A stretch of DNA of 64,000 nucleotides, taken from Candidatus Krumholzibacteriia bacterium. Its GTDB lineage: Bacteria > Krumholzibacteriota > Krumholzibacteriia > Krumholzibacteriales > Krumholzibacteriaceae. A program made the translations under genes and the position numbers. The stretch covers positions 352,001 to 416,000 of the forward strand of contig CAWIIQ010000003.1 of NCBI GenBank assembly GCA_963836185.1, written 5' to 3'. Shown one piece after another: positions 11,131-21,032 of this stretch. The notes under the pieces were generated by a model, which saw only the letters and a program-made list of their open reading frames with translations, did not search any database and was not told the origin of the DNA. Numbering within the stretch: the stretch's first letter is position 1; each line of letters opens with the position of its first letter.

Positions 11131-11970
11131 ATGAAAGGTCTTAAACTCATAGCGATGATAGTGGTCCTCGCCCTCGCGGGTTCGGTCGCAGTCCCCGGCG
11201 CAGTGGTCGCCGAGGAGAAGATAATCATCGACGGTTCGACGACTGTCGGCCCGATCGCCAAGGCGTTCGCCGAGTACTACATGTCGAAGAACAAGGACGT
11301 CAACATCACGGTCAGCGAATCGGGCAGCGGCAACGGCGCCAAGAGCCTGATCAACGGGATGTGCGACATCGCCGACATGTCACGTTTCATGAAGGACAAG
11401 GAATTCGCCGCGGCGGTCGAGAAGGGCCGCATCCCGGTGGCGCACGTAGTAGCCATCGACGGTATCGTAATGATCGTCCACCCGAGCAACCCGGTAAAGG
11501 GGCTCACCGTGGCGCAGGTCCGTGACATCTACATGGGCAAGATCACGAACTGGAAAGAGATCGGCGGACCGAACGTCGATATCGTGATGATAAGCCGCGA
11601 CACGAACAGCGGCACCTACGAGACCTTCGAGAATCTCGTAATGAAGAAAGAGAAGATCTTCGAGAAGGCAGAGTACGTCGGCAGCAACGGCGCGATCCGA
11701 CAGCGCGTGCAGAGCACTCCCGCCGCGATCGGCTATGTCGGCCTCGGCTTTGTCGACCGCAGCGTCAAGCCGCTCGATATCGACGGCGTAACGCCTGATA
11801 TGAACACGATCTCCTCCGGGATCTACCCGATCGCGCGGCCGCTGTTCATGTTCACCGACGGCTATCCGAAGCTCGGGACCCATCTCCATCGTTTCATCAC
11901 GCTCTACCTGTCCCCCAAGGGCCAGGAGATCGTCGAGGAGATCGGCTTTATCCCGGTAACAAAGTATTAA
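11131..11970 (+). CDS. pstS: Phosphate ABC transporter substrate-binding protein
   Basis: IDGSTTVGP, ESGSGNG, SRDTNSGT, YPIARPLF motifs. Signal peptide. RBS AGGAGG. Confidence 0.92.
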   Translation: MKGLKLIAMIVVLALAGSVAVPGAVVAEEKIIIDGSTTVGPIAKAFAEYYMSKNKDVNITVSESGSGNGAKSLINGMCDIADMSRFMKDKEFAAAVEKGRIPVAHVVAIDGIVMIVHPSNPVKGLTVAQVRDIYMGKITNWKEIGGPNVDIVMISRDTNSGTYETFENLVMKKEKIFEKAEYVGSNGAIRQRVQSTPAAIGYVGLGFVDRSVKPLDIDGVTPDMNTISSGIYPIARPLFMFTDGYPKLGTHLHRFITLYLSPKGQEIVEEIGFIPVTKY

Positions 11971-12008
11971 CCCAGGGGACGAAAGGTCCATGCAGGGAAC
12001 CGGCTGTT

Positions 12009-13171
12009 ATGAATGACAGGATCGTCGAACACACCGAATCAGATATTCGCAGCCGGTTGCTTATGAGCAGGGGTGCCCAGCGCCACAGGCGACTGGGTAC
12101 CCTTGCCGGTAATACAGTCCTGATCACGATAGCGTCGAGCTCACTGATCGCTCTTCTCTTTATCTTCTACTTCATAGTCAAGGATGCCATTCCCTTCTTT
12201 CAGATCGAGGGGATCAAAGAGTTTTTCACGAGCTCCCGCTGGTATCCTTCGAGGGAAGACGCGGAGTTCGGCGCCCTGGCGATATTCGTCGGGAGCGCGC
12301 TTGTCACGCTCGGGGCGATCGTCGTTGCGGTGCCGATGGGCGTGCTCGCAGCACTTTGTCTCAGCGATATCCTTCCCTTCTCGGTCCGCCAGGTCGTCAA
12401 GCCGGTGATCGAGATGCTCGCGGCGATCCCCTCGGTCGTTTACGGATTCTTCGCGCTCGTCGTTTTCGCCCCGCTCCTGCAGGAGAAGGGCGGCGGGATG
12501 CTGTCGGTCGGGGCGATGATCGTGCTCGTGCCGCTATCATCTGATCGGGATCGGTGTTGCGAGCGATCTCGATCGGAACGAGATTCAAAGAGAGCAGGCG
12601 CGGAATCGCGAAGATCGCTTCCGCAGCCGTCATGGCAGCCGTCATCGCGCTGGGGCTCTGGCAGATCAGCAGTTTCCTCGGCGGCCTGAAGATAGGCAGC
12701 GGCACAAACGCGCTCAACGCCTCGATTATTCTCGGCATCATGGCGCTGCCCACCGTGGTCAGCGTATCGGAGGATGCTCTGAACGCTATCGGCAGGGAGC
12801 TGCGCGAGGGAAGCTACGCCCTCGGAGCCACGCGGGCGGAGACTCTACTGAAAGTCGTACTGCCGGCGGCAAAGAGCGGAATACTAGCCGCGGTCATTCT
12901 GGGCGTCATGCGGGCCATCGGCGAGACGATGGTCGTCTGGATGGCCTCGGGCAACGCCGCGAGGATACCCCAGCCGATATTCAACTACCTCGAGCCGATA
13001 AGGACGCTGACGGCGACGATCGCCGGGGATATGGGCGAGGCCGATCACGTTACAGGCTCGGCGAGGTATCACGTACTCTTCGCGATGGCGTTCTGCCTGC
13101 TCGTCTTCGCGTTCGTATCGAATCTTGTCAGCGAGATGATCCTGAGAAGATCGAGAAAGAAGCTGGGCTGA
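12009..13171 (+). CDS. pstC: Phosphate ABC transporter permease PstC (frameshifted about 12540-12570)
   Basis: EMLAAIPSVVYG in the first ORF. ELREGSYALGAT and RAIGETM in the second. Confidence 0.88.
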
Positions 13172-13172
13172 T

Positions 13173-14519
13173 ATGGAACTGAGGACTCGCAGGATGCTCG
13201 ACAGGTCATTCACCGCGATAGGCGTGATCGCTATCGTGCTGATGGCGGTGTCCCTCGTCATCCTGCTGCAGCCGATCGTCTGGCGGGGAGCGGGCGCCTT
13301 TATCTTCAGGGAGACAGTTGAGAACAGGAAGCTCAACCTCGATCATTTCGGACGCGGAAGCCGCGCGAAACTCGAAATAGACATCACGGAGACCGAGGCG
13401 GCCAGGAAGCCGGTCTATGACATGCTTGCAATGTTCGATGCGGAGATGGAGGAGGGTGGGTCTGCATTCAGGAGACAGTATCGAAGCGAATACTCTGAGT
13501 TCCGGGAGATGCTGGCCGAACTCCTCGGGCCTTTTCCCGGCGACAGGGAGCCGGTCCTCATACGCGACCAGTACGGCCAGACGAGGTGGGACAGGACGCA
13601 GGTAAAACTTCACCAGATATTATTTGTCGAGGAATACGACTACTCCGATCCTGACCGGATGGGCGTGAAGATCGAAAAGCCCAGGTCCGCACTGTTCGAA
13701 TCGACATCACTCGCACCCCTTTTCGTGTATCTCGAAGATAACATAGAGCAGATGATGCGCCCGAAGATGACATTCTACTGGCGTTTTCTCTTCGACGAAT
13801 CAAAGGACGCGCATTTCTTCGGCGGGATCTGGCCCGAGATGCTCGGGACCTTCTACCTCGCCTTCGGCGCCATGCTCTTTGCTGTGCCTCTCGGGATAAT
13901 CACCGCCATATACCTTGCCGAGTACGCCGGAACGGGAAGGTTCGTGAGCCTGCTGCGCACATGTATCAGCTCGCTCGCGGGAGTGCCGAGTATCGTATTC
14001 GGCCTCTTCGGTCTCGCCTTCTTTATAAATACGATGGGTTTGGGGAACGGGAAGAGTGTTCTGGCTGGATCGCTGACGCTCGCCTTCCTCGTGCTCCCGA
14101 CAGTGATCCGCGCCTCCGAGGAAGCGATCCTCGCAGTGCCGCGTATATACAAGGAAGCGGCGATGAGCCTGGGCGCGGGTAAATGGCATACGATAATCTC
14201 TGTGATACTTCCGGCGGCGCTTCCGGGGATCCTGACGAGCATAATCATCAGTCTCGGCAGGGCTGCCGGCGAAACGGCGCCTATCATATTCACGGCAGCC
14301 GTCAGTGTGGGGAGGCCGCTTGCCTTCTGGCAGACGCTCAGCCAGCCCTCCCCGGCCCTGTCGTGGAATATCTACAATCTCGCAACCGAGCACGAGGCAG
14401 TCGACGAGATCCGCCACGTTCAGTACGGGATGGTGTTGACCCTCGTATCGATGGTCCTCCTCCTCAACCTGGCAGCGGTCATAATGAGGGCCCGCATATC
14501 GAAGAGATTGAGAAGCTGA
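13173..14519 (+). CDS. pstA: Phosphate ABC transporter permease PstA with large periplasmic insert
   Basis: AIYLAEY, LAGVPSIVFGLFG, EAAMSLGA, GRAAGETAP. Confidence 0.9.
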   Translation: MELRTRRMLDRSFTAIGVIAIVLMAVSLVILLQPIVWRGAGAFIFRETVENRKLNLDHFGRGSRAKLEIDITETEAARKPVYDMLAMFDAEMEEGGSAFRRQYRSEYSEFREMLAELLGPFPGDREPVLIRDQYGQTRWDRTQVKLHQILFVEEYDYSDPDRMGVKIEKPRSALFESTSLAPLFVYLEDNIEQMMRPKMTFYWRFLFDESKDAHFFGGIWPEMLGTFYLAFGAMLFAVPLGIITAIYLAEYAGTGRFVSLLRTCISSLAGVPSIVFGLFGLAFFINTMGLGNGKSVLAGSLTLAFLVLPTVIRASEEAILAVPRIYKEAAMSLGAGKWHTIISVILPAALPGILTSIIISLGRAAGETAPIIFTAAVSVGRPLAFWQTLSQPSPALSWNIYNLATEHEAVDEIRHVQYGMVLTLVSMVLLLNLAAVIMRARISKRLRS

Positions 14520-14536
14520 GTCATTAAACGAAGAAT

Positions 14537-15391
14537 ATGAATCGGAAGGATGAAAAGACGATGTCACAGGTAGCGGAAAGGACCGGCGGGGTAGCACTCG
14601 GAATCACTGAGTTCCGGGATAATCCGCTGACGGACAGGCGGCCGTTGATCGGATCGAAAAAATTCTCCATCTACTATGGCGATAACGCTGCCGTGAAGGA
14701 TGTCTCGTTCGATATCCCGGAGGGACTGGTGACAGCTGTCATCGGGCCGAGCGGGTGCGGCAAGAGCACCTTCCTTCGGGCGATCAACAGGATGAACGAC
14801 CTGATCCCCGGTTGTCATGCGGAGGGAGAACTTACTCTCGACGGACAGGACCTCTACGCTCCCCAGGTTGACGTAGTATCCCTTCGTAAGATGGTCGGGA
14901 TGGTCTTCCAGAAGCCGAATCCTTTCCCGAAGAGCATATTCGATAATATCGCCTACGGGCCGAAGATCCACGGGACCAGCGACAGAAGAAGACTAGGTGA
15001 GATAGTCGAAAAGAGTCTCAGGCAGGCAGCATTGTGGGACGAGGTCAAGGACAGGCTCGACGACAATGCGCTCGGCCTCTCGGGAGGACAGCAGCAGAGG
15101 CTCTGCCTGGCCAGGGCGGTCGCGGTCAACCCTAAGGTCCTTCTTATGGACGAACCTGCATCGGCACTCGATCCGCGCTCCACTTCGAGGATAGAGGACC
15201 TGATCTCGGAACTGAGGGGCGAGTACACGATTGTAATTGTAACTCACAATATGCAGCAGGCAGCGAGAGTCTCCGACCTGACCGCCTTCTTCTACGAAGG
15301 ACACCTGATCGAGTACGGGGAGACAAAGCAGATATTCACCAATCCGGCGGAAAGGCAGACCGAGGATTATATAACGGGAAGATTCGGGTAA
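14537..15391 (+). CDS. pstB: Phosphate ABC transporter ATP-binding protein
   Basis: [40 protein letters not shown]. Confidence 0.95.
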   Translation: MNRKDEKTMSQVAERTGGVALGITEFRDNPLTDRRPLIGSKKFSIYYGDNAAVKDVSFDIPEGLVTAVIGPSGCGKSTFLRAINRMNDLIPGCHAEGELTLDGQDLYAPQVDVVSLRKMVGMVFQKPNPFPKSIFDNIAYGPKIHGTSDRRRLGEIVEKSLRQAALWDEVKDRLDDNALGLSGGQQQRLCLARAVAVNPKVLLMDEPASALDPRSTSRIEDLISELRGEYTIVIVTHNMQQAARVSDLTAFFYEGHLIEYGETKQIFTNPAERQTEDYITGRFG

Positions 15392-15467
15392 TATCACGGA
15401 ACAGGCGATGCAACCGAAGAAATAAGTAATGTTCCGGGGCAACAGATATGATCAAGGGAGTGTAAAG

Positions 15468-16133
15468 ATGTCAAAACACATACTCAGAGAGATCGCCGCT
15501 TTGAAGAAGGAGATACTGGCTCTCGGAGCGGCGGCCGAAGAGATCCTGTATAAGGCTATGAAATCGCTCGAAGAGCGGGACAAGGCACTGGCTGAGCAGA
15601 TCATGAAGGAGGATGCCGACATCGACCAGATGGAGGTGGAGATCGAGGAAGACTGTCTGAAGGTTCTGGCCCTTCACCAGCCTGTCGCGCGCGATCTTCG
15701 GCTGATCATAGCTATCCTGAAGATCAACAACGATCTCGAGCGGGTCGGCGACCTTGCGGTCAATATTGCCGAAAGGGCGGCCTTTCTCGCGACGAAGGAG
15801 AAGGCCGAGATCCCGGCCGACTTCATGAAGATGTCCGAGATCTCGAGGGACATGCTCAAGAAGAGCCTCGATGCACTCGTAACCGAGGATACTGCACTGG
15901 CGCACAAGGTCTGCGGGATGGACGACGCTGTCGACGCGATCAACCGCGAGATGTACATCCTCATACAGAACGAGATAAAGAGGGATCCTTCGAAGATGGA
16001 GAACCTGATACATCTGCTCTCCGTTTCGAGGCATCTCGAGAGGGTCGCCGATCTGGCGACTAACATCGCGGAAGATGTGATCTACATGATCGATGGAGAG
16101 ATCGTCCGGCACAAGGTGGAGGACTACAGGTAG
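15468..16133 (+). CDS. phoU: Phosphate signalling complex protein PhoU
   Basis: QPVARDLR, DLERVGD, LERVADLATNIAE. Confidence 0.95.
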   Translation: MSKHILREIAALKKEILALGAAAEEILYKAMKSLEERDKALAEQIMKEDADIDQMEVEIEEDCLKVLALHQPVARDLRLIIAILKINNDLERVGDLAVNIAERAAFLATKEKAEIPADFMKMSEISRDMLKKSLDALVTEDTALAHKVCGMDDAVDAINREMYILIQNEIKRDPSKMENLIHLLSVSRHLERVADLATNIAEDVIYMIDGEIVRHKVEDYR

Positions 16134-16142
16134 GGGAATGAT

Positions 16143-16168
16143 CTACTCCCGGCACCGGGAGTGGTTTT
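16143..16168 (+). terminator. Intrinsic terminator after phoU
   Basis: CTACTCCCG-loop-CGGGAGTGG hairpin followed by TTTT. Confidence 0.55.
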
Positions 16169-16304
16169 CGTGCTCAGGAGATAGATCGATCATAGAAGTG
16201 GCAGATAATTTACCGTCACCGGTGGCGGTAAAAATCCTTGCATCTGATTCGTGAAATGTTTCTATCCTGCTGTATTCCCGCAACGCTGAAGTCTCCGGGG
16301 CTCA

Positions 16305-17711
16305 CTATTTCAGCAGTACGATCTTCCGGACGGCCGTCATCCGTCCAGCTTCATCCTGACAAAATATACTCCCGATGACGCCGCGCGGCCCGCGTCGGTG
16401 GCGCCGTTCCATATGGCCTCGTGAGACCCCGCCTGGTAATGTCCCGCCGCGAGGGTCCTTATCCTCCTGCCTGCCGCGTCGTAGATCGTCAGTTCGACCG
16501 TGCCGTTCTTTTCCAGCGAGAAGGGAACGGTCGTCGCCGGGTTGAACGGGTTGGGATAGTTGGCGCCGAGCGAGACGGCTGGGGGGAGCTCCACCGATGA
16601 GAATGCCGGTTCGCTGAAGCAGATCTGGAACGGGGGCAGCCCCGTGCTCTTCAGCGAGGGTGTGATCAGCGTATCTGCCGACGTATCCCAGATCCATATC
16701 CCTGGCGCCGTCTCGGTCTGGTCGGCGACGAAGAGCTCTCCGTCGGGAGAGATCTCTATGTCGTTGAGGACCCAGCCGGGTGGTGAGTATATCGGCGGCC
16801 CCGCTGTCCCGGCCGATGGGTCGAAGGGGACGATGTCGGTCGTAAAGGACGGGGTTGCGAGGATAAGGTACCCCTTGTCCGCTGAAAGTATCTCGAACTC
16901 GTTGATGTCTCCCCCTGCCGCGGACTCCGTTATCATGAATCCAAGGGAGCTCATCGTGACGGGATCGATCATCTCGATCCCGCCGTCGTTGAAACCCCAG
17001 AGCCCGGCACATCCAACCAGTATGGTGTACCCGTCTGAAGCGAATTTCAGGTCGGTGTAGGGGTTTGAAGCCGTCAGCGGAATCGCCTGCACACCGGGGC
17101 TTCCCGGGTCTACGTCTATCAGGGTGTCGGCTGCCGCGTCGATGACGGCGATATAGCTGTCCCCGACAGGCATCCAGTAGTTGTTGCGGTCGATCCTCTG
17201 TATCGACACAAATAGGATGCCGTCCTTGATCAGCATGTGGTCCATCTCGCATAGCCCGTCGCCGTCGGCGAAGCCTGAAAGGTCGATCGTGCCGAGATGC
17301 GTTCCCGTCGAAGGATTCATGATGAGCAGGTCGTTCGAATCGTACCTCGATACGAATGATCTTGCCGGGTGAGACGAAGGCGATATCCTTAGGATTGGTC
17401 CCGTTTCCCGCAGAATGCTGTGACAGCGTCGAGAAACCGTCCTCCGGATCGAGTATCTGGATATTGTCCGCTCCTGCCCTGTTGATGACGTATACCAGCC
17501 CGCCGTGCCATCTCGCCACCGCGTCGCTGTGTATCGGAGCGACGCAGATGTCGGTCGTATAGCCCGGATCGAGCCAGATGACCGAAGCGCAGCCTGAGGA
17601 GTAGTCGGTCGTCGTGATGAACGCGAACTCCGTTGCGGTTACCGTGGAAAAGAGGATAGTTGACGCGGCTATGATGGTTGCCGCGAATAATGCTGCGTGC
17701 CGGATCTTCAT
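16305..17711 (-). CDS. Secreted beta-propeller (BtuG/YncE-like) with C-terminal FlgD-Ig/T9SS-type domain (frameshifts about 17360 and 16340)
   Basis: Two overlapping ORFs combine into a signal peptide, a propeller (VYVINR.GADNIQILDP, NPKDIAFV, IDLSGFADGDG) and NYPNPFNP...SGVYF...RKIVLLK. Confidence 0.7.
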   Translation of the reverse strand: MKIRHAALFAATIIAASTILFSTVTATEFAFITTTDYSSGCASVIWLDPGYTTDICVAPIHSDAVARWHGGLVYVINRAGADNIQILDPEDGFSTLSQHSAGNGTNPKDIAFVSPGKIIRIEVRFERPAHHESFDGNASRHDRPFRLRRRRRAMRDGPHADQGRHPICVDTEDRPQQLLDACRGQLYRRHRRGSRHPDRRRPGKPRCAGDSADGFKPLHRPEIRFRRVHHTGWMCRALGFQRRRDRDDRSRHDELPWIHDNGVRGRGRHQRVRDTFSGQGVPYPRNPVLYDRHRPLRPIGRDSGAADILTTRLGPQRHRDLSRRRALRRRPDRDGARDMDLGYVGRYADHTLAEEHGAAPVPDLLQRTGILIGGAPPSRLARRQLSQPVQPGDDRSLLAGKERHGRTDDLRRGRQEDKDPRGGTLPGGVSRGHMERRHRRGPRGVIGSIFCQDEAGRMTAVRKIVLLK

Positions 17712-17725
17712 CTGTGTTTCTCCTG

Positions 17726-19861
17726 TCAGTTGCTGTATCCGATAGTCGCGAAAAGCGTCCTGCCCGGCAGGGGGAATCCGCTTACGTCGTATATCCGCTC
17801 GTCACTGAGGTTGTGTCCCTCGAGCGACAGCGAGATCCCGTGCGCGGGGGACCGGAGCACGAGGATAAGGTCATGTATCTTTCTCTCTCCCGACCGGGCG
17901 AGGTTCGCCCTGTCGAGGTAGTTGCTTCCCATGTAATGGAATTCCCATGTAACGCTCCATCTCCTGCTGAAAAGCTCTGAGCTCAGAGATGCCTCGTCCC
18001 GCGGTCTTCCGGGCAACTCGTTCCCGTTGTAGTAGGGAATGGGGCTCGTATCCTTCGAATCGAGGCGCGTGTAATTTACAGACAGCCTCAGGTAATCCGC
18101 GATCAGCCCGGAGGCGGAGATCTCGAATCCGCGTATCGATGCAGACCCGATATTTCTCGGCTTGACCGTGTGCTTGGAGTTCTGGAAGAAGAGGATCAGG
18201 TCATCCATCTCGTTGTCGAGGTAGACCGCTTCGAAGCGCGGACGTTCGATCTTCCAGAGCCGCTTTCCGGAGCAGACGATTCCGATATCCCTGTTCGTTC
18301 CTCTCTCGGGCCCGAGGTCGGGTGAACCGGTCACCGTTCCCGAGTTGCCGAACATCTCGTAGAAGGTCGGGAGCCGGTAATGCTTTCCCCAGTTTCCCTT
18401 GATCGTGATCCAACGCGCGGGAAAGGCCCTGAATCCAGCTGAAGGTGTCGTCTCATCCCGTTCGACCGGACCCTGCTCGATCGGGGGGAGCCAGGGGAAA
18501 TTCGGTTCATCATAGAACTCGCTGCGGCTCCATTCGCGTCTCAGTCCACCTGAGACAAAGAGGATCTCACTGACCACGGCGAGCTCACCGGAGGCGGAGG
18601 CAGTGACAGTGCTCCGCTTGCGCTCAGGCCCTTCTGATGGATAGGGCAGGAGGTCGCCTGGCCGGAAACTCTCGCCGCGTCCCTCGAAAAACGCCTCTAT
18701 CGAAAGCCTGGCGGCAGGCACGAACATTCTCGACCGGATGTTGCCGCCGGCTGAGACGATACGGTTGTCGGTCGACTGGCGCAGGAGACCTATATCCCCG
18801 TGGGGGTCGTCAAAGCGGTCGGCCGTCCATGAATAGAACGCTGTGCCGTCGAGATGGATCTTCCTTCCGGCCAGTGGTGACGGTTTGAGTTTCAGGTAGC
18901 CTATGCGTCTCTCGCGCTCAGAGCGCGCCGTTGACGACTGGTTCGAGCCTATCCCGGGGATCCCGCCCTCTCGGGACACCATGCTGAAGTTGAGGGAGAG
19001 GTCATCGAATCCACGCAGCGCAGCTCCGAGTTTCCCCGCGGCGTTCCATCTTGTGAAGTCACTGTTCATGCGCAGCGCCTCGGTATCGTCCCCGGGGTTC
19101 ATGGGAGTCCCGTTGTCGTCGGTGAACGGGTAGTCGCCCATCGACTCGAGATACCCTCCGCTGAGACGGAGGGCGAGAGGGGAGGATGGTGTTCTCACCG
19201 CCGCCGTAAGTCTACGCGTCCCGAACGATCCTGCCGAGCCGTGAGCCTGGAGCCAGGATCCATCGCCTCCATGTGCGGCCGTAACAAGGTTGACCGTACC
19301 GCCGATCGACGATCCGCCGAATCCGGTCGGGCTCGCGCCGCGATATATCTCTATCCTGTCGAGGCCGCCAGTCGAGATGTCGTTGAGGTCGGTTACCCCC
19401 GAATGAGGGTCGTTGAGCGGGACTCCATCGAGGTAGAACCGTACCTGGGAAGACGATGAGCCGCGTATGGACATCGTGGCGAACGAGCCCAGGCCGCCTT
19501 CCCGCCCCACATGTACGCCTACAGACCTTGCAAGGATAGAGGCGGTATCCTCGACCCTGTGGCGGCGCGACGAGAGGTTCACGACGGCGGAGAAACCGCT
19601 TCTGCTCATGATGTCCTCTTCGGGACCGATACGATCGGCCTCGACGAGGATCTCCGGCGCCCAGAAGAGGGTGTCGAGAATCCCTTCCCTTGAGGCTGGA
19701 GAATCGCCTGCGGCTTTTTTCGATGCGGCTGGAGATGTCTCAGACTTTTTTGATGTGGCGGAGCCGGGCGCCGGTGTCAGCACAGATATGGCGATGCATG
19801 CTGCAAGGCAAAGCATGGCCGCAGGTGCGGCGCCGCGGATTCTCGGCGATCGAGGAAACAA
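17726..19861 (-). CDS. btuB: TonB-dependent receptor, probably for cobalamin
   Basis: Plug motifs SIRGS..QV..YLDGVPLN and RIEIYRG...GGTVNLVT, C-terminal PLPGRTLFATIGY. TTG start with AGGAGG RBS. Downstream of a B12 riboswitch. Confidence 0.8.
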   Translation of the reverse strand: MFPRSPRIRGAAPAAMLCLAACIAISVLTPAPGSATSKKSETSPAASKKAAGDSPASREGILDTLFWAPEILVEADRIGPEEDIMSRSGFSAVVNLSSRRHRVEDTASILARSVGVHVGREGGLGSFATMSIRGSSSSQVRFYLDGVPLNDPHSGVTDLNDISTGGLDRIEIYRGASPTGFGGSSIGGTVNLVTAAHGGDGSWLQAHGSAGSFGTRRLTAAVRTPSSPLALRLSGGYLESMGDYPFTDDNGTPMNPGDDTEALRMNSDFTRWNAAGKLGAALRGFDDLSLNFSMVSREGGIPGIGSNQSSTARSERERRIGYLKLKPSPLAGRKIHLDGTAFYSWTADRFDDPHGDIGLLRQSTDNRIVSAGGNIRSRMFVPAARLSIEAFFEGRGESFRPGDLLPYPSEGPERKRSTVTASASGELAVVSEILFVSGGLRREWSRSEFYDEPNFPWLPPIEQGPVERDETTPSAGFRAFPARWITIKGNWGKHYRLPTFYEMFGNSGTVTGSPDLGPERGTNRDIGIVCSGKRLWKIERPRFEAVYLDNEMDDLILFFQNSKHTVKPRNIGSASIRGFEISASGLIADYLRLSVNYTRLDSKDTSPIPYYNGNELPGRPRDEASLSSELFSRRWSVTWEFHYMGSNYLDRANLARSGERKIHDLILVLRSPAHGISLSLEGHNLSDERIYDVSGFPLPGRTLFATIGYSN

Positions 19862-19950
19862 GTCAATCCTCCTGCAGCCCGGCGGAATCGCTCCGCCACG
19901 GGCAGGCAGTCCTCGATGATCGGAAAATGGAAACTTATCAGGAGGGCAAG

Positions 19951-19986
19951 AAAAACCCTCCGCCTCGTGGTGCGAGAGCGGAGGGT
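19951..19986 (-). terminator. Riboswitch-controlled intrinsic terminator
   Basis: Minus strand ACCCTCCGC-TCTCG-cacca-CGAG-GCGGAGGGT followed by TTTT, between the aptamer and btuB. Confidence 0.65.
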
Positions 19987-20043
19987 ATAAACTACCTCTC
20001 CCTATCCTCTCAATCCTCGAAGAGGGCCAGGGAACAAATCCTC

Positions 20044-20145
20044 CAGGCAGGTATCCTGACTTACGGCTCCGGGGCCGATCACAGTGGCGGGTCCGTGAGG
20101 GATTCTCACCCTCTTCCCTTTTCATCCCCGATGGGACGCCTGAAG
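20044..20145 (-). ncRNA. Cobalamin riboswitch
   Basis: Minus strand AAAAGGGAA..GGTGAGAATCC..CGGACCCGCCACTGTGA...AAGTCAGGATACCTGCC (B12-box), upstream of a TonB receptor. Confidence 0.9.
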
Positions 20146-20256
20146 TTATTTCATGTGGCCGGAGTCTACCCCGCTCCACGGAAAGGTGTCAATACGTATT
20201 CGCCGGGGCGGGTCCTCGCAGCCTCCTTTGTCTGTCTTTTCCGGATGACGGACAGC

Positions 20257-20922
20257 CTATTCGGTCTTGTCTTCCGCCGCCTTTTTCAGCTTGTCGTTTG
20301 CCATGATCGCTATTTCGACCCTGCGGTTCTCCTGCCTGCCCTCGATCGTGGAGTTGTCGGCGACAGGCTGCGCTTCGCCGTATCCCATTATCGTAAAGCG
20401 CGTTACAGAGACCTGACTTGTCGACAGCTGGCTCGCGACCGACTCGGCCCGCCTTTCTGAAAGCTCGAGATTATACACATCGGTGCCAGTGGCATCTGTG
20501 TGCCCCTCGATGAGGATGTCGGTGTCCTCATACTTGTTCAGTATGACGGAAAGGTCGGCGAGGTTCTCCTGCGCTTCGGTGCGCAGACTGGCCTTGTCGA
20601 AGTCGAACATTATCCCGGAATCGAAGGTGATCTTGATACCCTCGCCGACTCTCTCGACTGTCGCGCCCTCGATGTCACGTTCGATCTCCTCGGCCTGATT
20701 GTCCATATAGTTGCCTATGTAGGCGCCTGCCGCTCCTCCTATCGCCGCGCCGAGGATAGCCCCGAGAGCAGTGTTGCCGTGCTGATGCCCGATCGCGGCG
20801 CCGACAGCTCCGCCCGCCGCCGCTCCCGTCGCCGCTCCCTTCTGGGATCGCGACCAGCCGGAACAGCCGTAAAGCGCGAAAGAGACCGTAATGACCAGAA
20901 TGATCGCTGTTAATTTCTTCAT
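20257..20922 (-). CDS. OmpA-family lipoprotein with glycine zipper
   Basis: Lipobox LYGC, GAATGAAAGGAVG zipper, IEGHTD, NLELSERRA, NRRVEI. Confidence 0.92.
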   Translation of the reverse strand: MKKLTAIILVITVSFALYGCSGWSRSQKGAATGAAAGGAVGAAIGHQHGNTALGAILGAAIGGAAGAYIGNYMDNQAEEIERDIEGATVERVGEGIKITFDSGIMFDFDKASLRTEAQENLADLSVILNKYEDTDILIEGHTDATGTDVYNLELSERRAESVASQLSTSQVSVTRFTIMGYGEAQPVADNSTIEGRQENRRVEIAIMANDKLKKAAEDKTE

Positions 20923-21032
20923 GGTTTTCCTTCCTGTGACATGTGCTTGTCAGCCTGGCCGATACGAGCTCCAGCAGACATCCGTCATCTCAGGGTCGAT
21001 TCTAATCGATGACCGGCCGTATGTAAAGGACC

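Noticed and set aside
19862-20179. N-terminal 106-codon extension of the TonB receptor ORF
   Set aside because: It runs through the riboswitch and terminator. A TTG with AGGAGG at 19861 is a better start.
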